DNA from: a bacterium
GTDB lineage: Bacteria > CAYTYR01 > UBA6262
DNA length: 64,000 nucleotides
NCBI GenBank assembly: GCA_028712895.1
Contig: JAQTPL010000001.1
Span: 3,681-67,680 of the forward strand
Direction: 5' to 3'
Below the pieces are notes generated by a model that worked only from the letters and a program-made list of their open reading frames with translations, had not been told where the DNA came from and ran no database searches. Positions 16,967 to 27,096 of this stretch are shown here, in pieces. The position numbers and the translations under genes were made by a program. The number at the start of each line of letters is the position of its first letter. Position 1 is the stretch's first letter.

Positions 16967-17941
16967 TTAGTCTTTGGCGCCGGCTTTTTCCAGTAATTTA
17001 TCAATTTCGGTATTTCTCTCTTTGGCTGCCACCATCCGTGCCGTCATCCCGGAATTATCCTTGGCGTTTATATCCGCGCCTGCGGCTAGCAGCAGGACCA
17101 CAATATCTTTATGGCCTTTCTGCGCCGCCACCATCAACGCGGTGCCGCTACCGGTATTTTCCTGCGCGTTTACATCAGCACCTTTGTCTATCAGCATCCT
17201 GGCGACATCTTTGTGCCCGTACATGGCCGCGATCATAAGCAGGGTATTCCCGGTATTATCCTTAGCCTTTACATCAGCCTCTTTGCCGATGAGCAGTTCC
17301 GCCATGGCTGAATTGCCCTCTTGTGTCGCTGCCATTAGCGCGGTGAATCCGTTTTGATCACTGGCATTTACGTCTGCCCCGCTGGCTATGAGCATTTCCG
17401 CTATTTCTTTATGGCCGTACATTGCAGCTGACATCAGGGCCGTAGTTCCGGTATTGGTCTTGGCTTTTACGTCAGCCCCTTTGGCAATAAGCAGTTCCAC
17501 TACTTCTTTATGTCCGATAGCCGCGGCTGACATTAGCGCGGAGATCCCGGCGCTCGATTTAACCTTGACGTCAGCGCCTTTGGCGATGAGCAGTCCGGCG
17601 ATATCTTTTTGTCCCGTTGCCGCGGCTGACATTAGCGCGGTGCCGCCTTTATTGCTCTTGGCGTTTACCTGCGCTCCCTTAGCGATGAGCAGTTCCGCTA
17701 TCTCCTTGTGACCCTTTCCCGCAGCCCACATCAATGCAGTGGTTCCGTCGCTGGACTTAGCCTTGACGCTGGCTCCCTGGTCGATCAGGGATTTTACCTG
17801 GGCCAGGTCACCATCCCCGGCTGCCTTTATCAGGGATAGGTTCTCCTGCTCTCCGGCAAATACAGAACCACTGATTATGAGCATGACGAATACAATGGCA
17901 GATATGAACAATTTCCTGGTTTCTCTCACTCTTCCCTCCAT
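16967..17941 (-). CDS. secreted ankyrin-repeat protein (~8 ANK repeats)
   Basis: It has a signal peptide followed by repeats of G.TALM.AA..GH..IAELLIAKGADVNAK. The nucleotide sequence is also tandemly repetitive. Confidence 0.85.
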   Translation of the reverse strand: MEGRVRETRKLFISAIVFVMLIISGSVFAGEQENLSLIKAAGDGDLAQVKSLIDQGASVKAKSSDGTTALMWAAGKGHKEIAELLIAKGAQVNAKSNKGGTALMSAAATGQKDIAGLLIAKGADVKVKSSAGISALMSAAAIGHKEVVELLIAKGADVKAKTNTGTTALMSAAMYGHKEIAEMLIASGADVNASDQNGFTALMAATQEGNSAMAELLIGKEADVKAKDNTGNTLLMIAAMYGHKDVARMLIDKGADVNAQENTGSGTALMVAAQKGHKDIVVLLLAAGADINAKDNSGMTARMVAAKERNTEIDKLLEKAGAKD

Positions 17942-18097
17942 TAAGTTTTTAATCTAATATAAAATACCATAATCAGTCCTATGCAGGCAATAAAAAATGT
18001 AGATAATAGTCAATTAAAAGCGGCGTCAGCCAATTACTACTTAATGGGAGATGAGGTAAGATCAGGATAGGCAATAAAAAAAATAAGGAGGGATCGC

Positions 18098-18241
18098 ATG
18101 AAAACGAAACATTGGCGTCAGGGAGTGATATTGAGTTGCGCGAGTTGGGAATTCCTTGCCAGTATCTTGTGGTCAGGTTCGCTGGCCCAGTCTACGGCAG
18201 GTAAGAAAAAATCTGAAAGCGAAAAATCAATTACCTCATAG
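18098..18241 (+). CDS. candidate small ORF (47 aa) with a strong Shine-Dalgarno
   Basis: AAGGAGGG at 18085-18092 lies 5 nt before ATG 18098. It encodes MKTKHWRQGVILSCASWEFLASILWSGSLAQSTAGKKKSESEKSITS. It is absent from the ORF track (<60 aa). Confidence 0.25.
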   Translation: MKTKHWRQGVILSCASWEFLASILWSGSLAQSTAGKKKSESEKSITS

Positions 18242-19655
18242 CCCTGATCAAATAACGGGACAATGTTTTAACCCATCCCGCAGACAGCAGATCAGTATAG
18301 TACTGGTCTGCTGACCTTTTTACGACCTGGCTGAGGGTAGGATAAATATGGAGAGTTGAACTTAATTGTCCGATCTTTAGTTTTGCCGACATAGCCAGGA
18401 CGCACTCGTGGATTATCTCTCCGGCATTGGCTCCTACGATATGAGCACCCAGGACATAACCTTTCCGGTCACAGATAACCTTGGCGAATCCTGTTTCCTC
18501 GAGGTCTGTTATTGCCCGGTCATTGTCACGGTAAAAGGAACGGTAAACTTTGATGTTCTTGTACCTGTTCCTGGCTTCATCTTCTGTTAATCCCGCGTGC
18601 GCGAGTTCAGGATCGGTAAAAGTGCACCATGGTACGGCCTGATAATTGGTTTTACGCTTAAACGGGAACAGGGCGTTGCCCACGGCTATGATCGCCTGGT
18701 ATTCTGCCATATGGCTGAACTGATAGGGACCAACCACATCCCCGCTGGCGTAAATGTTGTTGGCTGTGGTCCTTAACGTATTATCAACCTGTATTCCCTT
18801 GCCGGAATATTTAACTCCTGCTTTTTCCAGGTCTAATCCCGCGCAATTGGGAACTCGTCCTACTGCCACCAGCACTTTCTCCGCTTTTATAGTTGAATGT
18901 TCCTTATCCTTATTTTCCATGGTTATCGCTATGACCTGGTCTTCTGTGGAGAATTTGACTGCTTTCTGCCCCGCGTATATTTTCACGCCATCCTTGACCA
19001 GCGCCGCGGTAAGCACGGCGGCAGCTTCGGTATCCTCCCGGAAAAGGATCCTATCCGTCATTTCAATTATCGAGACCTCAACCCCCAATTTCGAAAATGC
19101 CTGGGAAAGCTCGACTCCAATGGGCCCGCCGCCCAATACTGCCAGGGACTTAGGCAGGTCCTGCAGGTCAAATATATTTTCATTAGTCAGGTAATTGATG
19201 TCTTGCAGCCCTTCTATGGGCGGCACTAAGGGTTGCGATCCGGTACAAATTATAAACCGTTTGGCGGATATCTTTAGTCCATTGAGCTCGATCGTATGGT
19301 TGTCCATGAATTTCGCGGCTCCGGTTAATAAACTTATGCCGCGCTTTTCAAAAAGGTCAGGAGGAATATGCAGGCTTGTCTGCCTGGCCACATCCCGCAC
19401 ATGAGCCATTACCCCGCTGGTTTTGATTTGAGCATTCCCGGTTAGGCCAAACTCATCGGTTCTTTTAAACAGGGAAAATACCTGCGCTGACCTAAGGAGC
19501 GCTTTTGACGGGATACAGCCATACCAGGTGCAGTCCCCGCCTAATTTATTTTTCTCGACCAGGGCTGTCCTGGCGCCCAGTCCGGCAGTTCCTGTGGCCG
19601 CGACTAATCCCGCGGCGCCGCCGCCGATAACTATTACGTCAAAGTCATGTTTCAT
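18231..19655 (-). CDS. FAD-dependent pyridine nucleotide-disulfide oxidoreductase (Lpd/MerA/GR class I family)
   Basis: The FAD-binding GxGxxG is DVIVIGGGAAGLVAA. The redox-disulfide region is GGDCTWYGCIPSK. The C-terminal dimerisation-domain His is present. Confidence 0.75.
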   Translation of the reverse strand: MKHDFDVIVIGGGAAGLVAATGTAGLGARTALVEKNKLGGDCTWYGCIPSKALLRSAQVFSLFKRTDEFGLTGNAQIKTSGVMAHVRDVARQTSLHIPPDLFEKRGISLLTGAAKFMDNHTIELNGLKISAKRFIICTGSQPLVPPIEGLQDINYLTNENIFDLQDLPKSLAVLGGGPIGVELSQAFSKLGVEVSIIEMTDRILFREDTEAAAVLTAALVKDGVKIYAGQKAVKFSTEDQVIAITMENKDKEHSTIKAEKVLVAVGRVPNCAGLDLEKAGVKYSGKGIQVDNTLRTTANNIYASGDVVGPYQFSHMAEYQAIIAVGNALFPFKRKTNYQAVPWCTFTDPELAHAGLTEDEARNRYKNIKVYRSFYRDNDRAITDLEETGFAKVICDRKGYVLGAHIVGANAGEIIHECVLAMSAKLKIGQLSSTLHIYPTLSQVVKRSADQYYTDLLSAGWVKTLSRYLIRAMR

Positions 19656-19664
19656 AAGTCTCCT

Positions 19665-20627
19665 TTACTTGGCCAGCGCGCCTTTACAGCTGGATCCTGC
19701 CCCGGCTGTACAGCTATAGCAGTGATCCTCGAAAACTATTTCCTTGTCCTCTATATCCTGCAGCCGTAGTCCTCTTATTTCCATTATTTTGCCGGCTTTG
19801 TCTCTCAGGCTCAGTCCCAGGGCCTGGTTGAAGTCACAGTCATATAGAACGCCGTCCCAGCCGATGCTTAAAAGATTACGGCACATTATATCTGTCACTA
19901 CCTCCCGGTTAAAATTATCCATTAACAGCTTCATATATTCGTCAAAAGTATTGTTAGCCTCCAAATATGTCTTGAACCTGTTGATCGGGGCATTGGTAAT
20001 AGTGATCAAATGGTTAAACACTATGCCGTGCCGGCTTAATTGTTGGTGGTAATCTTTTTCCAGCGCGTTTTGCGCGCCGGGCAGGCAGGCTCCTCCCGGA
20101 TTATACACCAGGTCTATTTCCAGCCCCGGTTCCCGGCCATAACCCAGGCTGTTCAGTAATTTAAGCGCGCTGATGCTTTTGTCAAAAACACCTTCTCCTC
20201 TTTGTTTGTCCACGTTCTCTGCGGTATAGCACGGCATAGAGCAAACCAGCTTAACCTTATTGTCGAGGTAAAAACCCGGCAGCCATTCCATACCCGGCTC
20301 AAACAGTACCGTGAGATTATTTCGGACCATAACTGTTTTTACCAGGGGTCGGGCTGTTTCCACGATATACCTGAAATTCGGGTTCAGTTCCGGACAGCCG
20401 CCGGTGATATCCAGTACCAGGCCTTTTGTTTTGGAAAGGAACATGATTATATCGTCAATGATCCGGCGGGACATTATTTTATCCCCTCCCGGCCCGGCAT
20501 TCACATGGCAGTGGAGGCAGCGCTGGTTGCACACGTTCCCGAGATTAACCTGCAATATCTCCAGGTTCTTTCTTCTCGCCAATTTCTTATCCACAGCCAG
20601 GACCGCGGTAGTAAAATTATTAGGCAT
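19665..20627 (-). CDS. radical SAM/Cys-rich-domain protein (ArsS-like, TIGR04167-type)
   Basis: It has CNQRCLHCH (CxxxCxxC) and a C-terminal Cys cluster HCYSCTAGAGSSC. It is co-clustered with DUF2064 and GT2 genes. Confidence 0.6.
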   Translation of the reverse strand: MPNNFTTAVLAVDKKLARRKNLEILQVNLGNVCNQRCLHCHVNAGPGGDKIMSRRIIDDIIMFLSKTKGLVLDITGGCPELNPNFRYIVETARPLVKTVMVRNNLTVLFEPGMEWLPGFYLDNKVKLVCSMPCYTAENVDKQRGEGVFDKSISALKLLNSLGYGREPGLEIDLVYNPGGACLPGAQNALEKDYHQQLSRHGIVFNHLITITNAPINRFKTYLEANNTFDEYMKLLMDNFNREVVTDIMCRNLLSIGWDGVLYDCDFNQALGLSLRDKAGKIMEIRGLRLQDIEDKEIVFEDHCYSCTAGAGSSCKGALAK

Positions 20628-21309
20628 TTTCCCCTCCTTTTCTTTTTAAGCGTTTGTATACGATTGGCGCCAGGATGGCTAACGCCAGGACTGCCAGGGC
20701 GATAACGAACTTGACCGAGGCCAGGTCCTTAAATCCCCGTATCTCGCCCAGGGTCCCGCCAAAATATGCTGATATTATCACGCCGGGGATTATCCCCAAA
20801 AAAGTGGCGGCAAAATAATCCCTGAACCTGATCTTGGAAAGTCCCCCGGCATAATTGAGCACTTCATAAGGCACCAAAGGAATGAGCCGGAAGAATAAAA
20901 TAGTGAAAAATCCATTTTTTTCCAGCCGGTCATCGAAGTTCTTAAATTTACCCCGCAAGATCTGTTCCGCAAAAGCCCGTCCGAAAGTCCGGGAAATAAG
21001 AAAGGTAATGCTGGTGCCGAGAATTGCGCCGGTCATTAGTAAAAGAGCTCCCCAGGTATGGCCGAAGGCCAAGCCGGCAGTCAATGACAGAATCGCGATG
21101 GGCGGAAATATTGATATTGTATTCAGCGCGTAGGCCAATACATATACGACTGCGGCCCACTGTCCATATATCTGGATACGATCCCTCATCGCTGCCGGGG
21201 TCAAAGACTGGGGATCGATATACCCGCTCCAGACTATCCACCAGATAGCAATAACAACCAGTATCCCGGTTGAAATCCTTATTATATTTTTAAAAATAGT
21301 CTTGTCCAA
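20620..21309 (-). CDS. TVP38/TMEM64 (DedA-like) family membrane protein
   Basis: It is a 229-aa polytopic protein with the SNARE-associated-like core FPPIAILSLTAGLAFG. Confidence 0.65.
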   Translation of the reverse strand: MDKTIFKNIIRISTGILVVIAIWWIVWSGYIDPQSLTPAAMRDRIQIYGQWAAVVYVLAYALNTISIFPPIAILSLTAGLAFGHTWGALLLMTGAILGTSITFLISRTFGRAFAEQILRGKFKNFDDRLEKNGFFTILFFRLIPLVPYEVLNYAGGLSKIRFRDYFAATFLGIIPGVIISAYFGGTLGEIRGFKDLASVKFVIALAVLALAILAPIVYKRLKRKGGENA

Positions 21310-21932
21310 GGCGCGGCCTTTGCATTTTTATGCAGATCTCTCTTGAGCCGGGCCAACCCGGCAGGATCATCTATATCATACCACTTCTTTAAAAACGATA
21401 TTTTCTTACGAAGCGCCCGGGCATTACGCACCGTGCGCTCCAGCACACTGGCTGAGCTCCATTGAACATCTTTGAACAGGCCGGGACAGGGCTGTTTGAG
21501 CCCTACTAAATAATACCCGCCATCAATACTCGGTCCTAAAACTATATCGCTGGTATCCAGCCGTTTAAACGCTTCTTTAATATACCGCGCGGGCAAGTTG
21601 GGAAAATCAGAACCTATGAGCACCGTCTTGTCACAGTTAATCCCGCGGGTAAACTTAAAGGCATTATGCATTTTCGCTCCCAGATCCCGGCCCCGCTGTT
21701 TGTAAAAGATGAAGTCCGGGGCTATGGTTCTCAGGTATACCGGACCGGCTGAGGTAGCGTCGTAGGCCAGTACTGTATTCAGGCCTTTTAATTTTCGTCC
21801 CAAGCTGACAATATCCTGCAAGAAAGCTTTGTAAAGCTCCACGCACTCTTGCCGGGATAAGCATCCCTGCAGGCGTGTCTTAACGCGCCCCGCTTCCGGT
21901 TCCTTGGCAAAAATGATCAGGCAATTCTTCAT
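21282..21932 (-). CDS. DUF2064 family protein (TIGR04282-type, rSAM/selenodomain-associated transferase 1)
   Basis: The conserved N-terminus is MKNCLIIFAKEPEAGRVKTRL. This start gives an ATGA overlap with the upstream GT2 stop. The ORF-track start at 22043 is probably too long. Confidence 0.6.
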   Translation of the reverse strand: MKNCLIIFAKEPEAGRVKTRLQGCLSRQECVELYKAFLQDIVSLGRKLKGLNTVLAYDATSAGPVYLRTIAPDFIFYKQRGRDLGAKMHNAFKFTRGINCDKTVLIGSDFPNLPARYIKEAFKRLDTSDIVLGPSIDGGYYLVGLKQPCPGLFKDVQWSSASVLERTVRNARALRKKISFLKKWYDIDDPAGLARLKRDLHKNAKAAPWTRLFLKI

Positions 21933-22600
21933 CTGAGATCGTCGTAAAACAGTTTTATTTTTTTTAAGGGGACTCTTAGCCAGGATAACACGATAATCAG
22001 GTTGTAAAGTAATACCGTCTTGAATATGCCGTTCTTTTCCCATCTCCTGGCTGAGACCATCACTTTTTCCGGCAACATGATCGTTTTACCGTATTTCCGC
22101 AATTTTTTAGTGAAAAGGACATCTTCCATGATCGGCACCAGGGGAAAGCCGCCGATACTTGAAAAAGTATTTTTCCTGACGAATATGCCTTGATCTCCGT
22201 AATACACCCTGGTAAGCCGGGCCCGTATATTCCCCTGCCATTCGATCAACCTGTAGATAGAGAGATCATTGTCTATTCTCTGGGTGAGGCAACCGCCGGT
22301 GTAGCCGGCGGCTATTGTTTTTTCGATCGCGGCCAGGGTGGAGCCGGAAATGATATTATCAGCGTGCAAAAATAACAGGACATCGCCTTTTGCCTGGCTG
22401 GCGCCGTAGTTCATTTGCGCGGCGCGGCCTTTTTCGCTATGCAGGACCAATCCATACTGCCAGGCAATTTCCCTGCTCCTGTCCGTGCTTCCGCCGTCAA
22501 CAAAATAAATTTCGGCGTTCGCCGATAGTTCCCGCAATTTAGCTGCGTTCCGCGCCAGGATAGTTTCTTCGTTATATACAGGGATAATTATGCTGATCAT
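21929..22600 (-). CDS. family 2 glycosyltransferase (TIGR04283-like)
   Basis: It has the GT-A N-terminus [12 protein letters not shown] and a DGGSTD motif. Confidence 0.7.
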   Translation of the reverse strand: MISIIIPVYNEETILARNAAKLRELSANAEIYFVDGGSTDRSREIAWQYGLVLHSEKGRAAQMNYGASQAKGDVLLFLHADNIISGSTLAAIEKTIAAGYTGGCLTQRIDNDLSIYRLIEWQGNIRARLTRVYYGDQGIFVRKNTFSSIGGFPLVPIMEDVLFTKKLRKYGKTIMLPEKVMVSARRWEKNGIFKTVLLYNLIIVLSWLRVPLKKIKLFYDDLR

Positions 22601-23691
22601 TATTTTGTCTGGAAAAACTTGGTATATTTCCCGTAACCTTCTTTTTCCAGGTCTTCCTTGGGTACGAACCTAAGCGCCGCGGAGTTCATGCAGTAACGCA
22701 ACCCGAGTGGCGGCGGACCGTCATTAAAAACATGGCCAAGATGCGAATCAGCATGTTTGCTGCGGATCTCTGTCCTCAGAACAAAGAAACCGATATCGGT
22801 TTTGTCCACGATATTTTCCGGCTCCAGCGGTTTGGTAAAGCTCGGCCAGCCGGTCTTGGAATCATATTTATCAAAGGAACTGAACAGCGGTTCGCCTGAT
22901 ACGATGTCCACGTAAATGCCATCCTGGTGATTATCCCAGTATTTATTGTCATAGGCTGGTTCGGTCCCTTCCTCCTGGGTAACGTAGTATTGCATTTTGG
23001 TCAGGCGGCTCTTCAGTTCTTCCTTGCTTGGTTTGGTGTAGGTGTTCGTTCCGGCGGGGGCGCTGACTTCATGATCCTGCTTGCCCCATATTTTTTCCAG
23101 GTAACGGTCGCGGCCGCAATTGTACCGGTAGAACTTGTAGCGGATCGGGTTCTTTTTGTAATAATCCTGGTGATACTCTTCGGCTGTATAGAAGGCCGAA
23201 GCTTTGATTATTTCAGTGATCACCGGCTGGTCATATCTTCCGGTCTTGCCCAGCTCGATTTTTGATCTTTCGGCAGCCTGTTTTTGTTCCTCATCCAGGT
23301 AAAATATAGCTGACCGGTATTGCGGTCCCCGGTCGCAAAATTGTCCGCCCTGGTCTGTTGGATTTATTTGTTTCCAGAAAATATCCAGGAGTTTGGCGTA
23401 GCTTATTTTAGAAGGGTCATAAATGATCTCTACGGCTTCGATGTGGCCCTTTTGCGCGTAATTATCATAGGTCGGGTTGGGGCCAGTGCCACCGGTATAA
23501 CCCGAAGAAACCGCCGTGACCCCGTTGAGCTTCTCAAAAGGCGGTTGCATGCACCAAAAGCATCCACCGGCAAATATCGCTTTATCCATTGTTTTCACTC
23601 CTTTTTCTCCTGCGGAAATCACCAGGCTTGGCATTACTGCCAATAGCGCCAAGACCAGCAAGAAGAACAGTCGTTTTATTGATCGTAACAT
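22600..23691 (-). CDS. msrAB: bifunctional peptide-methionine (S)/(R)-S-oxide reductase MsrA/MsrB, secreted
   Basis: It has a signal peptide. The MsrA motif is [21 protein letters not shown]. The C-terminal MsrB motif is [10 protein letters not shown]...[11 protein letters not shown]. Confidence 0.9.
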   Translation of the reverse strand: MLRSIKRLFFLLVLALLAVMPSLVISAGEKGVKTMDKAIFAGGCFWCMQPPFEKLNGVTAVSSGYTGGTGPNPTYDNYAQKGHIEAVEIIYDPSKISYAKLLDIFWKQINPTDQGGQFCDRGPQYRSAIFYLDEEQKQAAERSKIELGKTGRYDQPVITEIIKASAFYTAEEYHQDYYKKNPIRYKFYRYNCGRDRYLEKIWGKQDHEVSAPAGTNTYTKPSKEELKSRLTKMQYYVTQEEGTEPAYDNKYWDNHQDGIYVDIVSGEPLFSSFDKYDSKTGWPSFTKPLEPENIVDKTDIGFFVLRTEIRSKHADSHLGHVFNDGPPPLGLRYCMNSAALRFVPKEDLEKEGYGKYTKFFQTK

Positions 23692-23799
23692 GACAAGTAC
23701 CTAACCTTTCTTGATATTTTAATTATAATTTACTCTTAAATGGTTTCCGGCGTAATTGTCTGCTTCTGTATTTTATTGACTATTTTCCACTTGCCGCAT

Positions 23800-23827
23800 A
23801 AATAAAAATGCCGGGCTGTTAACCCGG
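23800..23827 (-). terminator. putative intrinsic terminator downstream of the acidic secreted protein gene
   Basis: On the minus strand, the hairpin ccgggttaacagcccgg is followed by a T-rich run (catttttattt). Confidence 0.4.
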
Positions 23828-23866
23828 AATTTGCCTTAGTATGTGACACCATCACGAGTAACTTAA

Positions 23867-24508
23867 TTACTCTTCTTCGAACTCTTCTTCATCTTCTTCT
23901 AATTCTTCTTCAATCTCTTCTTCTTCGACTATAACGGCTTTCTTTGCTATTTTACCAAAGTAATAACCAAAGCCTATCGATATTTTAACAGCGCCGCCTT
24001 CTTGATGAGTGCCTTTGGGTTGATCATAGATTGGATACAATAAATCAAAATCCATACCTAATTTTCTGCTGACTTTCCAGTCAAATCCTAATCCAGGAGC
24101 AAATCCTTCAATAAAGCTATCACTTGATTTATTAATAGCGACAGTTCCTCGAAGTAAATTTATTCTAGGCCTGAAATGCGATTTCCTTGGCGCGAAATAT
24201 ATACGCCCACCGACAGAATAGCCTATCTCCAGATCGCCAAAATTGTCTACATCATTACCAGAAGGATATATCCCTATTCCAGCACAGAGACTAAGGAGAT
24301 CATTTAATCCTATTTCAAAATTAACACCTAATACTCCGTAAGGGATGCCAAATCCTAATCCTGCTCTCCATTTGGTTGCTGAAGTGGTCTTTTTGACAAC
24401 AATTTCTTCTTCATATTCATCATCTTCATAATCAGCCGCTATGATTGGTGAATGGGAAATAAATAGAATGACCAAAACTAATAAAAATAACAGTAATTTA
24501 TTCTTCAT
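23867..24508 (-). CDS. secreted protein with acidic N- and C-terminal tails (possible small beta-barrel), hypothetical
   Basis: It has a signal peptide, a Gly/aromatic alternating core and a poly-Glu C-terminus. Confidence 0.45.
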   Translation of the reverse strand: MKNKLLLFLLVLVILFISHSPIIAADYEDDEYEEEIVVKKTTSATKWRAGLGFGIPYGVLGVNFEIGLNDLLSLCAGIGIYPSGNDVDNFGDLEIGYSVGGRIYFAPRKSHFRPRINLLRGTVAINKSSDSFIEGFAPGLGFDWKVSRKLGMDFDLLYPIYDQPKGTHQEGGAVKISIGFGYYFGKIAKKAVIVEEEEIEEELEEDEEEFEEE

Positions 24509-24546
24509 AGCTCTCCTTTATACAAAAGAAATTGTCAAATACTTAT

Positions 24547-27075
24547 TTACTCACTAAGAGATTCTTCTCCTCTTTTGGCACTTAATCCCACTCCGGGGAT
24601 TTCCGGGCAGGGCACATCCCAAATATCCCGGGCATATTCGGCAATAGTCCGGTCGCTGGAGAACCGGCCTGATTTAGCTGTATTGATGATTGATTTCTTA
24701 GTCCACAGGTCTGGTTTCAGAAAATCTTCTGCCACCAGCTGCTGTGCCTGGCAATAAGCGTCGAAATCAGCGCAAACCATAAAGGTGTCCAGATAGCGCA
24801 GACTGTTTAGTATTGGGGTAAATAATCCCGGATCCCTTTGTGAAAAAAAGTCCCCTTCGATCAGTGACAATACTCTCTGCAGTATTGGCGAACGGTCAAT
24901 AAATTCCTGCGGCCGATAACCCCTGCTTCTGAGCTGATGCACTTCTTGCACGGTCATGCCGAAAACAAACAGGTTATCATCTCCAACCTCGTTCCTGATC
25001 TCAATATTAGCACCGTCCTGCGTGCCGATAGTCAGCGCTCCATTGAGCATGAATTTCATGCAGCCGGTTCCTGAAGCTTCGGTCCCAGCCAGGGAAATTT
25101 GCTCGGACAGGTCAGAGGCCGGGAATAGCCGTTCAGCCAGGGAAACCCGGTAATTGGGCAGAAAAATAACCTTTAACCGGTCATGTATACCGCGATCGTT
25201 ATTGATAACGTCGGCAATACTGGTGATAAACTTGATGATCAGCTTGGCCATGGCGTATCCTGGAGCTGCCTTGCCGCTGAACAAGAAAGTCCGTGGCGGC
25301 ATACCGTTACTCGGCGCTTCTTTAAATTTCACGTATTGGGATATCGTGTACAAGGCAAGGAGCAATTGCCGCTTATATTCATGGATGCGTTTGATCTGCA
25401 CGTCAAACAGGGACTCAGGATTGACGCTGATCCCGGATTGCTCATGAATATAGGCAGCCAGATTCTTTTTGTTCTGGGTTTTGACCTGGCGCCATTGTTG
25501 CCTGAATGCCGGATCATCGGCATAAGGCAGTAAAAGGGAAAGCTCTTCCAGGTTCGCTACCCAATGTTCGCCAATATTTTTGGTGATCAGGTCAGACAAG
25601 GCGGTATTCGACTTGCGCAACCAGCGGCGCGGGGTGATACCATTGGTTTTGTTTGTAAATTTCTCCGGCCACAATTCGTAAAAGTCCTTGAACAACTCTG
25701 TCTTCAGCAGCTCGCTGTGCAACGCGGATACGCCGTTGACAGAATGACTGCCTACGACTGCCAGGAAGGCCATGCGGATGTATTTGGCATCATATTCACT
25801 AATGATGGACATGCGCGCCAGCCGTCCTGTATCAAAGGGAAATTTATTCGCTACTTCCCGCAGGAAGCGGTGATTGATCTCATAAACCAGCTCCAGATGA
25901 CGCGGCAATAAAGCCTGGAATAGCGGGAGCGGCCATTCTTCCAGCGCTTCCGGCATCACAGTGTGATTAGTGTAAGCAAAAGTGTTGATAACAATGTCCC
26001 ACGCCGCATCCCAGTCGAGGAGTTCATCGTCAATGAGTATGCGTAGCAGCTCCAGGATGGCCAGGGCCGGATGAGTGTCATTGAGCTGGATGGCTGTTTT
26101 CCGGGGAAAGAGAGTGATGTCGCTATTATCCACCTTGAACCGGCGGACAATATCGGCAATGGAGGCAGCGGTGAAAAAATATTCCTGTTTCAGGCGCAGC
26201 TCCTTGCCCTGTACTACCATGTCATTGGGATAGAGCACCTTGGAAATGTTCTCCGAATAAACCTGGTCGTATACGGCGCGTTCATAATCGCCGTCGTTAA
26301 AATATTCGAAATCAAATTCCTCTGAGCTGCGGGCAGACCAGAGACGGAGTGTATTCACAGTATCGTTTTTATAGCCAGGCACCGGCATATCATATGGCTC
26401 AGCCAGTACATCCCTGGTATCCAGCCATTCCACGCGCAATCTGCCTTGCTGGTCACTATACATGCGCGTATACCCGCCAAACCGGATCTTTACAGTATAT
26501 TCAGGGCGGTTAAATTCCCAGGGATTGCCCAGTTGCAGCCATTCATCCGGCGACTCAACCTGGTAACCATTGATGATCTTTTGATTGAATATGCCGTAAT
26601 CGTAACGGATACCATAACCATAGGCAGGTATTCCCAGGCTCGCCATAGAATCGAGAAAACAAGCTGCCAGGCGTCCTAAGCCGCCATTGCCTAGTCCGGC
26701 ATCTGACTCCTGATCGCGAATCTCTTCCAGGTCAAAGCCCATTTCCTCCAGCGCCTGCCAGGTCTCGTTCCATACGCCGATATTCATCACGTTGTTGCTA
26801 AGCATCCGGCCGATCAGGAATTCCAAGGACAAGTAATACACCCGCTTGGCATTTTCCTTGTGATACCGTTGTTGGGTCAAGATCCAGCGTTCTACCAGGC
26901 GGTCACGGATGGAAACAGCAATGGACATAAAGTTATCATGGTTAGTCGCTGAGTGCTGATCCTTGGCCATAAAGTACTGGCGGGTTTCCTGGAAAGAGAC
27001 CTTGATCCCCTCTTTGCTCATTTCCCGGTGGACCGTTACCCATTTATTATTATGCTGTTTTTTGTGTGCCGGCAT
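24547..27075 (-). CDS. glgP: glycogen/maltodextrin phosphorylase
   Basis: The 842-aa protein has EFLIGRMLSNN. The PLP site is GTEASGTGCMKFMLNGALTIGTQDGANIE. Confidence 0.95.
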   Translation of the reverse strand: MPAHKKQHNNKWVTVHREMSKEGIKVSFQETRQYFMAKDQHSATNHDNFMSIAVSIRDRLVERWILTQQRYHKENAKRVYYLSLEFLIGRMLSNNVMNIGVWNETWQALEEMGFDLEEIRDQESDAGLGNGGLGRLAACFLDSMASLGIPAYGYGIRYDYGIFNQKIINGYQVESPDEWLQLGNPWEFNRPEYTVKIRFGGYTRMYSDQQGRLRVEWLDTRDVLAEPYDMPVPGYKNDTVNTLRLWSARSSEEFDFEYFNDGDYERAVYDQVYSENISKVLYPNDMVVQGKELRLKQEYFFTAASIADIVRRFKVDNSDITLFPRKTAIQLNDTHPALAILELLRILIDDELLDWDAAWDIVINTFAYTNHTVMPEALEEWPLPLFQALLPRHLELVYEINHRFLREVANKFPFDTGRLARMSIISEYDAKYIRMAFLAVVGSHSVNGVSALHSELLKTELFKDFYELWPEKFTNKTNGITPRRWLRKSNTALSDLITKNIGEHWVANLEELSLLLPYADDPAFRQQWRQVKTQNKKNLAAYIHEQSGISVNPESLFDVQIKRIHEYKRQLLLALYTISQYVKFKEAPSNGMPPRTFLFSGKAAPGYAMAKLIIKFITSIADVINNDRGIHDRLKVIFLPNYRVSLAERLFPASDLSEQISLAGTEASGTGCMKFMLNGALTIGTQDGANIEIRNEVGDDNLFVFGMTVQEVHQLRSRGYRPQEFIDRSPILQRVLSLIEGDFFSQRDPGLFTPILNSLRYLDTFMVCADFDAYCQAQQLVAEDFLKPDLWTKKSIINTAKSGRFSSDRTIAEYARDIWDVPCPEIPGVGLSAKRGEESLSE

Positions 27076-27096
27076 TATTCTTCACCTCTTGTTGCT

